DNA from: Dehalococcoidia bacterium
GTDB lineage: Bacteria; Chloroflexota; Dehalococcoidia; DSTF01; JACRBR01
Reading direction: 5' to 3'
Length of the DNA stretch: 20,285 nt
Assembly (NCBI GenBank): GCA_041494685.1
Contig: JBGQBE010000001.1
Coordinates: 124,001 to 144,285, forward strand
Part shown: positions 1-9,112 of the stretch, one piece after another
Layout: each line of letters begins with the position of its first letter
Position numbering within the stretch: position 1 is the stretch's first letter
The notes under the pieces: model-generated
Database searches by the model: none
Seen by the model: the letters and a program-made list of their open reading frames with translations, nothing else
Told to the model about the DNA's origin: nothing
Position numbers and translations under genes: made by a program

Positions 1-42
1 CTCCGCTACGGCGCGAAGATCGCGGAGCTGTTCTACGGGTGA
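1..42 (+). CDS. 3' end of an upstream CDS (...LRYGAKIAELFYG*), product unknown
   Basis: Frame 1 is open with host-like GC3-rich codons and ends at TGA 40-42. Confidence 0.6.
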   Translation, partial: LRYGAKIAELFYG

Positions 43-58
43 CGGTGGCACTCGGCCA

Positions 59-175
59 ATAGCAAAGGCGGAGTACATCTGCGCGAACCTGGGGCGAGCG
101 GGGCTGCCCGAGCCGCACCCCTGGATCTGGCGCGCGTGGATCGAAGCCGCCGCGCCGCGTACGATCTCTGCATGA
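59..175 (+). pseudogene. Probable C-terminal remnant of a REP-associated tyrosine transposase (RAYT, IS200/IS605 Y1 superfamily)
   Basis: Hand translation gives IAKAEYICANLGRAGLPEPHPWIWRAWIEAAAPRTISA*, resembling the RAYT motif YIxxNPVRAGL...YPW. No start codon or N-terminal HUH part is present. Confidence 0.5.
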
Positions 176-1107
176 CCGCGATCTATCTCTTCGACGGCGA
201 GGCGGTGCGCCCGCTCGATGCCCCGGCGGCGCGGCCGCTGCGCTGGGCGGCCTGGCGGCCCGACGGCGTTCACGCGCTGCTCGCCGGCAATCGCGGCGCC
301 ATCCTCCGCTTCGACGGCCTCCGCTTCGAGGCCGTGGACTCCGGCGCGCAGCACAACCTGCGCGGCGTCGCCTGGGCGCCCGACGGCGCGCGCGCGCTGC
401 TCGTCGGCAACCGCGGCGCCGTGCTGCTATACGACGGCCGCCGCTGTACGGAGCTGCCAGCCATCACCACCGAGAACCTGCGCCGCGCCGCCTGGGCGCC
501 CGACGGCTCCTGCGCGCTGATCGCCGGCAACGCCGGCTGCGTGCTGCGCTACGACGCCGCGACCGGCGCGCTGCTGCCGCTGCCCGGCGACCGCGCCCAT
601 ACGATGCGCTCCATCGCCTGGCGGCCCGACGGCGCGTACGCGTTGATCGGCGCGTACGCCAGCAGCTACGCCGGCTACCCGCGCCCGCATGTCCTCTACC
701 GCTGCGACGGCCGCTACACGCAGGCCATCCTCGCCACCGACGACGACGATGACGCCGTCGCGATCGACTGGCAGCCGGGCGCATCGCCGCACCGCGCGAC
801 GGTGCTCGTCGCGTCGTACGGCGCGGGCGGCGTGCGCAACAAGATCTTCGACTACACCGGCGCCGGCGTGCGCCTGCGCGAGATCGACCGCGGGCCGGCG
901 CTGCTCGGCGCGGCGTGGCAGCCGGACGGCTCGCGCCTGCTGCTCTGCGGCGAGGCCGGGGCGCTCTTCGTAGACGACGGAGCGGCGATGCACGCGGTGG
1001 CGTCGGGCACGAGAGACAACCTGGTCGGACCGTTCTGGCGGCCCGGCGCGGCGCAGCCGCTGGCGCTGATGCTCAAGGGACCGGACGAGAAGGTCTACAC
1101 GATTTAG
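172..1107 (+). CDS. WD40-like beta-propeller repeat protein (about 7 blades)
   Basis: Seven W[RAQ]P(D)G-type repeats, several of the form AWxPDGxxALLxGNxGAxLxYDG. ATG 172 is preferred over GTG 136 because TACGAT (160-165) lies 6 nt upstream, a leaderless layout. Confidence 0.8.
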   Translation: MTAIYLFDGEAVRPLDAPAARPLRWAAWRPDGVHALLAGNRGAILRFDGLRFEAVDSGAQHNLRGVAWAPDGARALLVGNRGAVLLYDGRRCTELPAITTENLRRAAWAPDGSCALIAGNAGCVLRYDAATGALLPLPGDRAHTMRSIAWRPDGAYALIGAYASSYAGYPRPHVLYRCDGRYTQAILATDDDDDAVAIDWQPGASPHRATVLVASYGAGGVRNKIFDYTGAGVRLREIDRGPALLGAAWQPDGSRLLLCGEAGALFVDDGAAMHAVASGTRDNLVGPFWRPGAAQPLALMLKGPDEKVYTI

Positions 1108-1135
1108 AGAACCGAGAACTTAGAACCTAGAACCT
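1108..1135. repeat. Heptamer tandem repeat AGAACYN x4
   Basis: AGAACCG AGAACTT AGAACCT AGAACCT, immediately after the TAG and between convergent genes. Confidence 0.9.
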
Positions 1136-1157
1136 GGGGCCTGGCCGGGAGCCGCGG

Positions 1158-2453
1158 CTACTCGCGGCGCAGCGCCTCGATCGGGTCGAGGCGGGAGGCG
1201 CGCCAGGCGGGGTAGACGCCGAACACGAGGCCCGTCACGGCCGACATGCCGAGTCCCATGCCGACCCAGAACGGCGTTACCAGGTACTTCGTGTCGGATC
1301 CCCCGATCTCGAAGGTCCTGGCAATCTCGATCGCGCCCACACCCGCAAGCACGCCGATCGCGCCGCCGATCGTTGTCACGACGAGCGCCTCGATCACGAA
1401 TTGCATGAGGATGTCGAGGCGTTTGGCGCCAACCGCCTTCCGGATGCCGATCTCCCGCGTGCGCTCGCTGACTGAGACGAGCATGATGTTCATGATGCCG
1501 ATGCCGCCGACGACCAGCGAGATGATCGCGATGGAGACCAGCAGCACCTGCAATGTCCGGTCGACCGAGGTGGCGGTCGAGAGCACGTCGCTCTGTGACT
1601 GCACCTTGAAGTCATCGTCGTTGACGATGTTGTGCTGCTTGCGCAGCACGTCGGCGACGGCGGCCTTGACCGCTTGCTCCTTCGAGCCGTCGGTGAGCTT
1701 GATGCTGATCTGCGTGACGTTCGTGTAGCCTCGCGAATTCCGAATCAGCGGGACGCGCGCCTGGAAGGCGGGCAGCGGCACGAAGATCTGATTGTCCGGG
1801 TTGCCCGTGGGCGTGACGCCCTTACGCTCCATCACACCGACCACGGTGAAGCTGAACGTGACGCCGAACTGACGACTGACGCCTGCGAAGATGCGGATGG
1901 TGCTGCCGACCGGGTCGGTATCACCGAACAAGTCTTCGGCGACCTGCGCGCCGAGGACGACCACCAGCGCCTTCTTGTCGAGGTCCTCTTGTGAGATGAA
2001 GCGCCCATTGGCGACGTAGAAGTCGCGCACGAACTGATACGACGGCTCGGCGCCCACGAGGAGCGTCGAGGAGTTGACGCCGCGATAGATGGCCTGCACC
2101 TGGATGAGCGAGCCGGTCCCGCCTGTCGTGCTCTGAGCGGCTGTCTCATCGATCCCGGGGATGCTGGCGGCCCGAATCGCCTGCTCGTCCTCGTAGAAGA
2201 GCGACGCGCCGGAGGAGCCGAGGACCGCCGCGATCCCGCCGGGCGCCGTCGGCGAGTACGGGTTGACGAACATCAGGTTACTGCCAAGCCCCTTGATGCG
2301 GCTCGACACGCCCTGCTGTGCTCCGGCGCCGGCCGCCGTCAGCGCGATGACCGACGCTATGCCGATGATGATGCCGAGCATGGTCAACAGCGTGCGCAGA
2401 AAGTTGGCGCGCAGCGCGACCAGCGACGTGATAAAGACGTCTATGAGACTCAC
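1158..2453 (-). CDS. MacB/FtsX-family ABC transporter permease
   Basis: N-terminal RTLLTMLGIIIGIASVI, a large extracytoplasmic domain, the GGIGIMNIMLVSVSERTREIGIRKAVGA motif and a C-terminal PAWRASRLDPIEALR. Confidence 0.95.
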   Translation of the reverse strand: MSLIDVFITSLVALRANFLRTLLTMLGIIIGIASVIALTAAGAGAQQGVSSRIKGLGSNLMFVNPYSPTAPGGIAAVLGSSGASLFYEDEQAIRAASIPGIDETAAQSTTGGTGSLIQVQAIYRGVNSSTLLVGAEPSYQFVRDFYVANGRFISQEDLDKKALVVVLGAQVAEDLFGDTDPVGSTIRIFAGVSRQFGVTFSFTVVGVMERKGVTPTGNPDNQIFVPLPAFQARVPLIRNSRGYTNVTQISIKLTDGSKEQAVKAAVADVLRKQHNIVNDDDFKVQSQSDVLSTATSVDRTLQVLLVSIAIISLVVGGIGIMNIMLVSVSERTREIGIRKAVGAKRLDILMQFVIEALVVTTIGGAIGVLAGVGAIEIARTFEIGGSDTKYLVTPFWVGMGLGMSAVTGLVFGVYPAWRASRLDPIEALRRE

Positions 2454-3214
2454 GCTTCCGCCCCGAGCGAAGGCGGCCGGCCTCGTGCGGCGGCGGGCGC
2501 GCTCGCATCCGCTGCCGGCGCCGTGACGTGCGCGTAGCTGGGTACGTTCGGCTCGTCGCTCACGATCTCTCCGTCGCGCAGCGAAACGATGCGGCGCGTG
2601 TACGCGGCGACGTCGTGTTCGTGCGTGACGAAGGCGATCGTGATCCCGCGCTCTTCGTTGAGGGTACGGAAGATCTCCATGACGTCGTGGCTGGTCTTGG
2701 TGTCAAGGGCGCCGGTGGGTTCGTCGGCCAGGATGATGGTGGGGTTGCCGACGATGGCGCGCGCGATGGCCACGCGCTGCTGCTGGCCGCCTGAGAGCTG
2801 CGTCGGGTTGTGGTGCATGCGGCTGCCGAGCCCCACCAGCTTGAGCGCGGTGATCGCCAGCTTCTTGCGGTTCGTCACCCCGCGGTACGACAGCGGCATC
2901 GCCACCTGGTCGATCGCGTTGAGGCGGGGCAGCAGGTTGAACGACTGGAAGACGAAGCCGAGCCGCCGGTTCCGTACGTCCGCGAGCTGGCTGTCGCCGA
3001 GCCGCTGCACGTTGATGCCGTCAAGCTCGTAGACACCGGAGGTCGGCCGGTCGAGGCAGCCGACGATGTTCATCAGCGTCGACTTGCCGGATCCCGACGG
3101 CCCCATGATCGCCATGAACTCACCATCGCGGATCATGAGGTCGACGTTGCGCAGGGCGTGCACCGTCTGGGTGCCGAGCTTGTACGTCTTGCTGATGCCC
3201 TTGAGCTTGATCAT
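2450..3214 (-). CDS. ABC transporter ATP-binding protein (MacB/LolD-like)
   Basis: Walker A GPSGSGKST, signature LSGGQQQR, Walker B ILADEPT, H-loop VTHE. Overlaps the permease start by 4 nt. Confidence 0.95.
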   Translation of the reverse strand: MIKLKGISKTYKLGTQTVHALRNVDLMIRDGEFMAIMGPSGSGKSTLMNIVGCLDRPTSGVYELDGINVQRLGDSQLADVRNRRLGFVFQSFNLLPRLNAIDQVAMPLSYRGVTNRKKLAITALKLVGLGSRMHHNPTQLSGGQQQRVAIARAIVGNPTIILADEPTGALDTKTSHDVMEIFRTLNEERGITIAFVTHEHDVAAYTRRIVSLRDGEIVSDEPNVPSYAHVTAPAADASAPAAARGRPPSLGAEA

Positions 3215-3221
3215 CCTGGAG

Positions 3222-5117
3222 CTACTTCACATTGCCCGGCAGTGTCGGCTGGGCCTTCGGCGTCGAACCCGGCTTCGCGGATGTCAGCGCTGCCACGACC
3301 ACGATATCACCCTCGTTCAAGCCGGTGAGGATCTCCACCTGCTGGGTGTCCGTCGCGCCCGTCGTGACGACTTGCTCCTCCACACCACCGTTGCGGCGAA
3401 CGTCAACGACCTGGTTATTGCCGCTGCGGCGGATCGCGCGCGGGGGCACGACGAGCACATTCGCCTTGGATTCGGTGATGATCTGGCCGCGCGCGTTCAT
3501 GCCCGGCGCCGGACGAGGCGCATCGGCCGGCACGACGAGTGATGCCTTCACCTGATACGTCACCACACCCTGCGTGATCGAGGGGCTAAGACCGATTTCG
3601 GCGATGACGAACGGATAGATTTTCCCGGGGATGCTGTCGAACAGCACGCCACCGGCCTGCCCTACCTTGATGTTCGCGTAATCCGTCTCGCCCACGTCCA
3701 TCTTCAGCCTGAGCCGATCGGGCGTGAGCAGCACGATCGCCGCCCCATTCGCCGCGGCCGCCGCGAAGAATTCTCCCGGCTTCGCATTCACCGCCCCCAC
3801 GACGCCGTCAAACGGCGCGATGATCTGTGCGTTCTTCAGCCGGATCTGCGCCGCCTCGACCGTCAGCTGCGCCGATTTCACCGCCGTGCGCGCCTGGTCC
3901 GCGGCGTTCTGCGTCGCGCCGCGCACCACATCGTCTCGCTTGGCGGTCGCCCCTTCGAGCGCGGCCTCGGCGCTGTCGAGCGCTGACAGCGCCGTCGCCT
4001 TCTGCGAGTCCGTCGCGCCCGTCGTGATGTCGGCGAGTCGCTTCTGCGCCGCTGTCACGCTCGCCTGCGCCGAGGTGACGGCGGCGTTAGCGGCGGCGAT
4101 GTCCTCGCTCGTCGCGCCGTCCTGCAACGCCGTGAGCTTCTTCTGCGCCGCCGTCAGCGCCTGCTGCGCCGAGGTGACCGACGCGGCCGCGGAGGCCGCC
4201 GTGTTCACGGCGTTCGCGTATGCGGTGTTCGCTGAGATCACCGCCGCCGCAAGCGCCGCGTTCGCGCCACTCAACGCCGAGTTCATCAGCGTCGCATCGG
4301 CCGCCGAGATCGGCGTCGCGTGTGTCGTGCAGAAGTCCGGTGTGCCGTCCGCCGCGCAGTAGCTGGTCTCGGCGCTCCTGAGGGGCGGCGCGACCGCTAT
4401 GACGGTGTTCTGCGCATTGGCCTGGGTGTTCTGCGCCGCCGTCAGCGCCGACTGCGCCGCCGCCACGCCCGACTGCGCGGCCGCAAGATCGCTGTCGCTC
4501 GGCGCGTCGCTCAGCTTCTGGCGGTTCGCCTGTGCCGTGGCGAGCTGCGCCTGCGCCGTATCGACCGCCTGTTGCGCCGCCGCCAGATCGGCCGCCTTCG
4601 GCGCGTCCAGCAGATCCTGCAGGTCGTTCTTGATCTTTGTGACGTTCGCCTCGGCAGCGGCAACGGCCTGGTCGGCGGCCGCCTTCTCGCTGGCCGTGGC
4701 GCCGTCGAGCAGGTCGTTCAGCTTGAGCTGCGCCGCCTGCAGGTTCGCCTGCGCGCTGGCGACCCCGTTGCTCAGATCGTCTGACTCAAGCGAAGCGAGC
4801 ACGTCGCCCTGCTTCACCGCGTCGCCCACCTTCACGTTGACCGTCGCCACCTTGCCCGACGCCTGGAAGATCAAGTTGCTGTTGAACTGCGCGTCGGCGA
4901 CCCCCGAGATGATCAACGTCTGGTTGATGGTGGACTTCTTGACGGGGATGTCTTCCGTCGAGCGCGTGAGTGTCGTGGAGTCGCTCTTGAAGTAGAAGAA
5001 GTACAGCCCGGCGGCGATCACCGCAGCGACGACGGCGAGCACGCCGAAGGTCATGATGCGCCCGCGCCATGGGCTCTCCTGGATCGTCAGATCGTCGTCG
5101 AGATCAATGGCCGCCAA
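3222..5117 (-). CDS. MacA/HlyD-family membrane fusion (adaptor) protein with a very long Ala-rich coiled coil
   Basis: Single N-terminal TM, lipoyl halves SGKVATVNVKVGDAVKQGDVLASL and IIAPFDGVV, and a C-terminal VEILTGLNEGD. TTG start with GGAGG upstream. Confidence 0.9.
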   Translation of the reverse strand: MAAIDLDDDLTIQESPWRGRIMTFGVLAVVAAVIAAGLYFFYFKSDSTTLTRSTEDIPVKKSTINQTLIISGVADAQFNSNLIFQASGKVATVNVKVGDAVKQGDVLASLESDDLSNGVASAQANLQAAQLKLNDLLDGATASEKAAADQAVAAAEANVTKIKNDLQDLLDAPKAADLAAAQQAVDTAQAQLATAQANRQKLSDAPSDSDLAAAQSGVAAAQSALTAAQNTQANAQNTVIAVAPPLRSAETSYCAADGTPDFCTTHATPISAADATLMNSALSGANAALAAAVISANTAYANAVNTAASAAASVTSAQQALTAAQKKLTALQDGATSEDIAAANAAVTSAQASVTAAQKRLADITTGATDSQKATALSALDSAEAALEGATAKRDDVVRGATQNAADQARTAVKSAQLTVEAAQIRLKNAQIIAPFDGVVGAVNAKPGEFFAAAAANGAAIVLLTPDRLRLKMDVGETDYANIKVGQAGGVLFDSIPGKIYPFVIAEIGLSPSITQGVVTYQVKASLVVPADAPRPAPGMNARGQIITESKANVLVVPPRAIRRSGNNQVVDVRRNGGVEEQVVTTGATDTQQVEILTGLNEGDIVVVAALTSAKPGSTPKAQPTLPGNVK

Positions 5118-5405
5118 GCGGTCCTCCCCAATGCACCCGTGAACGTTATGTCGATTTCCTGGGCCCTGCGGGGCGATCAGTATCGTCGCATCGACGCTTA
5201 TGTAGGCTAGAGACCCCTATCCCTTACGTCAACGGAAAAGTGTTATTTCCAAGGCACCCTTCCCGCGTGTCAAGCGCTCACAGTTCCTCTCCGCGGACCG
5301 GGTGTGAGCACCCACACCCCCTCAGGGCTGCCACCTACGTGCCGACTCTTACGGGGAGGCGGCGCGGGACAGCTCCGCCTGGTTGGAGCGTGGGAGACAG
5401 GCCGG

Positions 5406-7178
5406 ATGCGGGCACGGTTGACACTTCTTATGGCGCTGGCGGCTGTGTGCACCATCGCCGCGTCCTTCGCGGCGCACCCGACCGGCAGCGCCGGCGCCGC
5501 CACGGCCCCGGCCCCGGAGCCGGCGCGCACCGGCGATGTCGTGGTGCACTTCAAACGGGACACCACGCTCACGCAAGTGGGCGAGGCGATCGGCAACTCC
5601 GCTACTGAGGCGGCGGCCAGCACGGCCGGCTCGAGCCTGGTGCTGCTGCACCCCCAGCCGGGCCAGTCCGTGGACGACGCCATCGCCAGCCTGCGAAACG
5701 AAGGCAGCGTCGACTTCGCCGAAGCGGACCAGGTGGTCTCGGCCGCCGTCACGCCCAACGACGCCTACTACCGGAGCTACCAGTGGGACATGCCCATGAT
5801 CCACGCTCCCACGGCGTGGGACACGACGACGGGCAGCCCCGGCGTGATCATCGCCGTGCTCGACACCGGCGTCGACGCGACGCACCCGGACCTCGCCGGC
5901 AAGATCACAACCGGCGCCAACGCGGGCTACAACTTCGTCTCGAACAGCACCGACACCACCGACGACGACTCCCACGGCACGTTCGTAGCCAGCATCATCG
6001 CCGCCGATTCGAACAACCGGGCCGGCATCGCCGGCGTCTGCTGGGCGTGCAAGATCATGCCGGTGAAGGTGCTGGACTCCCACGACAGCGGCAGCAGCTA
6101 CAACGTCGCCGCCGGCATCAACTGGGCGGTCGCACACGGCGCGAAGGTGATCAACCTCAGCCTGGGCGCGTCCAGCGGCATCGCGGCACTACAGACCGCG
6201 GTGGACAACGCGTGGGCGGCCGGCGTGATCGTCGTCGCGGCAAGCGGCAACTCCAACGGCCCGGTGCTCTTCCCGGCGGCGTACAGCCACGCGATCGCGG
6301 TCGGCTCCGTGAACTCGTCCGGCGTCAAATCGTCGTTCTCCAGCTACGGGCCGGAGCTTGACGTGATGGCGCCCGGTGAGGGCGTGATCGGGGCGTACTG
6401 TACCTGTGCGGGGCACGCCGGCGGCTACGCCACCGGCTCCGGCACGTCGTTCGCGGCGCCGCATGTCGCCGGCGTCGTCGGGCTGATGATCTCCGCCGGC
6501 ATCACGGACAAGAGCCAGATCATCAGTCGCCTTGAGTCCACGGCCACCGACATCGGCGCGGCCGGGTACGACCAGCGGACCGGCTGGGGCATCGTGAACG
6601 CGACGAACGCGATCACCGGCGCCTCCACCCCGGCGACGCCGACGGCCGCCACCCCGGCGCGCACGAAGACGCGAGTGCCGCCCACCGCCACGCGCACGCC
6701 GACGCGCACCGCCACGGCGACGCGTACGGCGAAACCTCCTCGCACGCCCACACGGACCGCCACGCCTACGTCCGGACCAGCCGGCGCCCGGCTCGTCCGC
6801 CCGCTCTACGCCGTGACGTGGGGCGCGGACACCACGCCTCTGACGATGACCGCGAACACGAACTATGTGCCGCTGGTCAGCTTCGTCAACAGCGGCCAGT
6901 TAACGTGGACGATGGGCGGGAATTCGCCTGTGTTCGTCTCGTACCACTGGTACGCGGGCGCCTGCGGCCGTGCGGCGGCCTACGCGTGGTACGGCTACCG
7001 CACGCCCCTGCCCGCGACGCTCGGGCCCGACGGCTCGGTCGGCAACATGCCGGTCCGCGTGCTGTCCCCGGCCGCGCCGGGCACCTACTGCCTGGAGTAC
7101 GACCTGCTGCAACATCCGGCCACCTGGTTCTCTCTCCGCGGCGCCGCGACGCTCGATCGGACCATCACCGTCAACTGA
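5406..7178 (+). CDS. Secreted S8 (subtilisin/thermitase-like) serine protease with Pro/Thr-rich linker and C-terminal Ig-like domain
   Basis: Signal peptide, catalytic motifs VLDTG, SHGT and GTSFAAPHV, and oxyanion AASGN. ATG 5406 is preceded by GGGAGA. Confidence 0.92.
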   Translation: MRARLTLLMALAAVCTIAASFAAHPTGSAGAATAPAPEPARTGDVVVHFKRDTTLTQVGEAIGNSATEAAASTAGSSLVLLHPQPGQSVDDAIASLRNEGSVDFAEADQVVSAAVTPNDAYYRSYQWDMPMIHAPTAWDTTTGSPGVIIAVLDTGVDATHPDLAGKITTGANAGYNFVSNSTDTTDDDSHGTFVASIIAADSNNRAGIAGVCWACKIMPVKVLDSHDSGSSYNVAAGINWAVAHGAKVINLSLGASSGIAALQTAVDNAWAAGVIVVAASGNSNGPVLFPAAYSHAIAVGSVNSSGVKSSFSSYGPELDVMAPGEGVIGAYCTCAGHAGGYATGSGTSFAAPHVAGVVGLMISAGITDKSQIISRLESTATDIGAAGYDQRTGWGIVNATNAITGASTPATPTAATPARTKTRVPPTATRTPTRTATATRTAKPPRTPTRTATPTSGPAGARLVRPLYAVTWGADTTPLTMTANTNYVPLVSFVNSGQLTWTMGGNSPVFVSYHWYAGACGRAAAYAWYGYRTPLPATLGPDGSVGNMPVRVLSPAAPGTYCLEYDLLQHPATWFSLRGAATLDRTITVN

Positions 7179-7207
7179 CCGCACGCATGGCCAACACTGG
7201 TTAAGCG

Positions 7208-7240
7208 AGGAGAGGGCCGCCGGATCGGCGGCCCTCTCCT
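7208..7240. terminator. Perfect 15-bp GC-rich stem-loop, probable terminator
   Basis: AGGAGAGGGCCGCCG-gat-CGGCGGCCCTCTCCT, about 30 nt after the protease stop. No U-tract on the + strand. Confidence 0.7.
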
Positions 7241-7430
7241 GCGCCCGGCGAATTCGTAGGGTTTGGCGTGCGGGATGAGGGTTTCCCCCGGTGGGTCGCC
7301 GCCGCCTCGCTCGCCGACACTGTCCGCAAGCAGTGAGCCGGGCACGGACCGTCCGGCACTGGACCGCGCGCGGATCGGGCCGCCGGCGGCGGATGCCCGA
7401 TCCTATCGCGCTCGTCAGGAGTGTCGCACA

Positions 7431-8300
7431 GTGCAGGATGCAACCCCCCGGATAGCGATCATCGGCGATGGCGTGGTCGGCGGCGCGTTGCGCGCATGGT
7501 TCGACTCCCAGGGCCGCGACGCGCGGCCCTACGACCCGCCCAGGGGACTCGGCGACATCGCCGTCCTGGACCGCGCCGACCTGATCTTCATCTGCGTCCC
7601 CACGCCGTACGCGCCCGTGCGCGGCTTCGACGAGCACTACCTCCTCGACGCCGTCCGCGCGATACCCGGCGGCAAGCTGGTCATCGTGAAGTCAACCGTG
7701 CGCCCCGGTACCACGGAGCACCTGCAACGCGACTTCCCGCAGCACCGCTTCATGTTCAACCCCGAGTTTCTGCGCGAGGCGACGGCCGTCGCCGACATGA
7801 TGGCGCCTGACCGCCAGATCGTCGGCGTCACGCCGGAGAGCGCCGCAGACGCGGAGCTGGTGCTGGCGCTCTTGCCGCCGGCGCCGTTCACGAGCATCTG
7901 TGCCGCGCGCGAGGCCGAGATGGCCAAGTACGTGGCCAACTCCTTCCTGGCGACGAAGGTCAGCTTCGCCAACGAGATCTACGACCTGTGCGGCCGCGTC
8001 GGCATCGACTATGACGCCGTGCGCGAGATGGTGGGCGCGGACCCGCGGATCGGCCCGTCGCACATGGATGTGCTGGACGCCGGCTACCGCGGCTACGGCG
8101 GCAAGTGCCTGCCGAAAGACAGCAAGGCGCTGCTCGATCTCGCCGCGAGCGCAGGCATGGACCTGCAGGTGCTGCGCGCCACCGACGCCGTCAACGAGAC
8201 ACTGATCGCCGTCCGCCCCGCGAAGCAACGCCGGACGGCGGCGCACACCGTCGAGACGGAAGCGGCGCCGGACGTCCAGCGCGAAGAGCGCGCCGCGTAA
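7431..8300 (+). CDS. UDP-glucose/GDP-mannose dehydrogenase family protein, short form (289 aa)
   Basis: Motifs GDGVVG, ICVPTP, KSTVRPG, NPEFLRE, KYVANSFLATKVSFANE, DPRIG and catalytic GYGGKCLPKD. GTG 7431 with AGGAG at 7417-7421. Confidence 0.88.
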   Translation: MQDATPRIAIIGDGVVGGALRAWFDSQGRDARPYDPPRGLGDIAVLDRADLIFICVPTPYAPVRGFDEHYLLDAVRAIPGGKLVIVKSTVRPGTTEHLQRDFPQHRFMFNPEFLREATAVADMMAPDRQIVGVTPESAADAELVLALLPPAPFTSICAAREAEMAKYVANSFLATKVSFANEIYDLCGRVGIDYDAVREMVGADPRIGPSHMDVLDAGYRGYGGKCLPKDSKALLDLAASAGMDLQVLRATDAVNETLIAVRPAKQRRTAAHTVETEAAPDVQREERAA

Positions 8301-8449
8301 CGCGATAGCTCTTCGGCGTCGTGCACCGCCCTCCACGACAGCCCTCCCGGCCGAGCGGCTGCCCGGCGCGGCGGCGGCTTAATCCTGCCTTCATCTTCGG
8401 ACGATAGACTGCAAGTGGCACGCGGCGCACCCGGAGAGAGGCATCACAC

Positions 8450-8920
8450 ATGGCATCACCGATCGGACACAGTATCGTCGGCATGGCGCTCGCCCGGCGC
8501 CTCGGCGTGCGCTCGAAGCCGCTGCTCGCCGCGACCGCGTTGGCCGCCAGCCTGCCGGATGCCGACATTATCGCCGGCTGGCTGCTGCACCGCGAGGACC
8601 CGTGGAAGCTGCACCGCAAGGGCACGCACACGCTCGACTTCGCCGTGACGGCCGGCGCGCTCGCCGGCATGGCGGGCATCCTCCGCGCCGAGAACATCGA
8701 GGGCGAGCGCGACATCATCCGCGACGCGCTCGTCGGCGCCGCGATCGTCGGGTCGCACATCGTGCTGGACAGCGCGCCGATCCCCGCGATCAAGTGGGGG
8801 CCGAAGTTCCTCCGCATGAGCCTCGGCAACTGGATCGCCGACATGCTGATCTGGGGCGCCGTCGCATGGGCGATCTGGCCACACCACCCCGAGCCGGAGC
8901 CCGAACCAGCCATCGCCTGA
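8450..8920 (+). CDS. YdjM-like membrane-bound metal-dependent hydrolase
   Basis: Motifs SPIGH, LPDAD, HRKGTHTL and SHIVLD, with hydrophobic segments. GAGAGG RBS and TAGACT at 8405-8410. Confidence 0.8.
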   Translation: MASPIGHSIVGMALARRLGVRSKPLLAATALAASLPDADIIAGWLLHREDPWKLHRKGTHTLDFAVTAGALAGMAGILRAENIEGERDIIRDALVGAAIVGSHIVLDSAPIPAIKWGPKFLRMSLGNWIADMLIWGAVAWAIWPHHPEPEPEPAIA

Positions 8921-8935
8921 CCCCGGCGACCCTTC

Positions 8936-8971
8936 AGGTTCTCGGTCCCTGGGTTCTCGATTCTGGGTTCT
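8936..8971. repeat. Degenerate heptamer repeat of the AGAACYN family, reverse orientation (about 5 units)
   Basis: AGGTTCT CGGTCCC t GGGTTCT CGATTCT GGGTTCT, 15 nt after a stop codon. Confidence 0.8.
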
Positions 8972-9112
8972 CCCCGCCGCTATCGTGTGCACGCTCCCCA
9001 AAGCCGCTTCCTTGACACGCGAGATTGACACGCCGCCGCCGCCGCGCGCGTTCGGATGTGTGCGCCCGCCCGAAGAAGGCGGCGCACCGAGAGCGTCGCG
9101 AGGAAGCCAGCC

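Noticed and set aside
5118..5405. Structured RNA or riboswitch in the divergent intergenic region
   Set aside because: Only short hairpins are present and I recognise no consensus. An Rfam/Infernal scan would be needed.
6620..6775. DNA-level repeats in the protease gene
   Set aside because: Explained by the Pro/Thr/Arg-rich protein linker.
7241..7430. c-di-AMP riboswitch or N-terminal extension of the dehydrogenase
   Set aside because: It lacks the conserved riboswitch motifs. The extension is low-complexity and a good RBS precedes GTG 7431.
9040..9110. Glycine riboswitch-like CCGAAG hairpin
   Set aside because: The GGAGA and CUCAGG elements are missing, and it precedes a peptidase.
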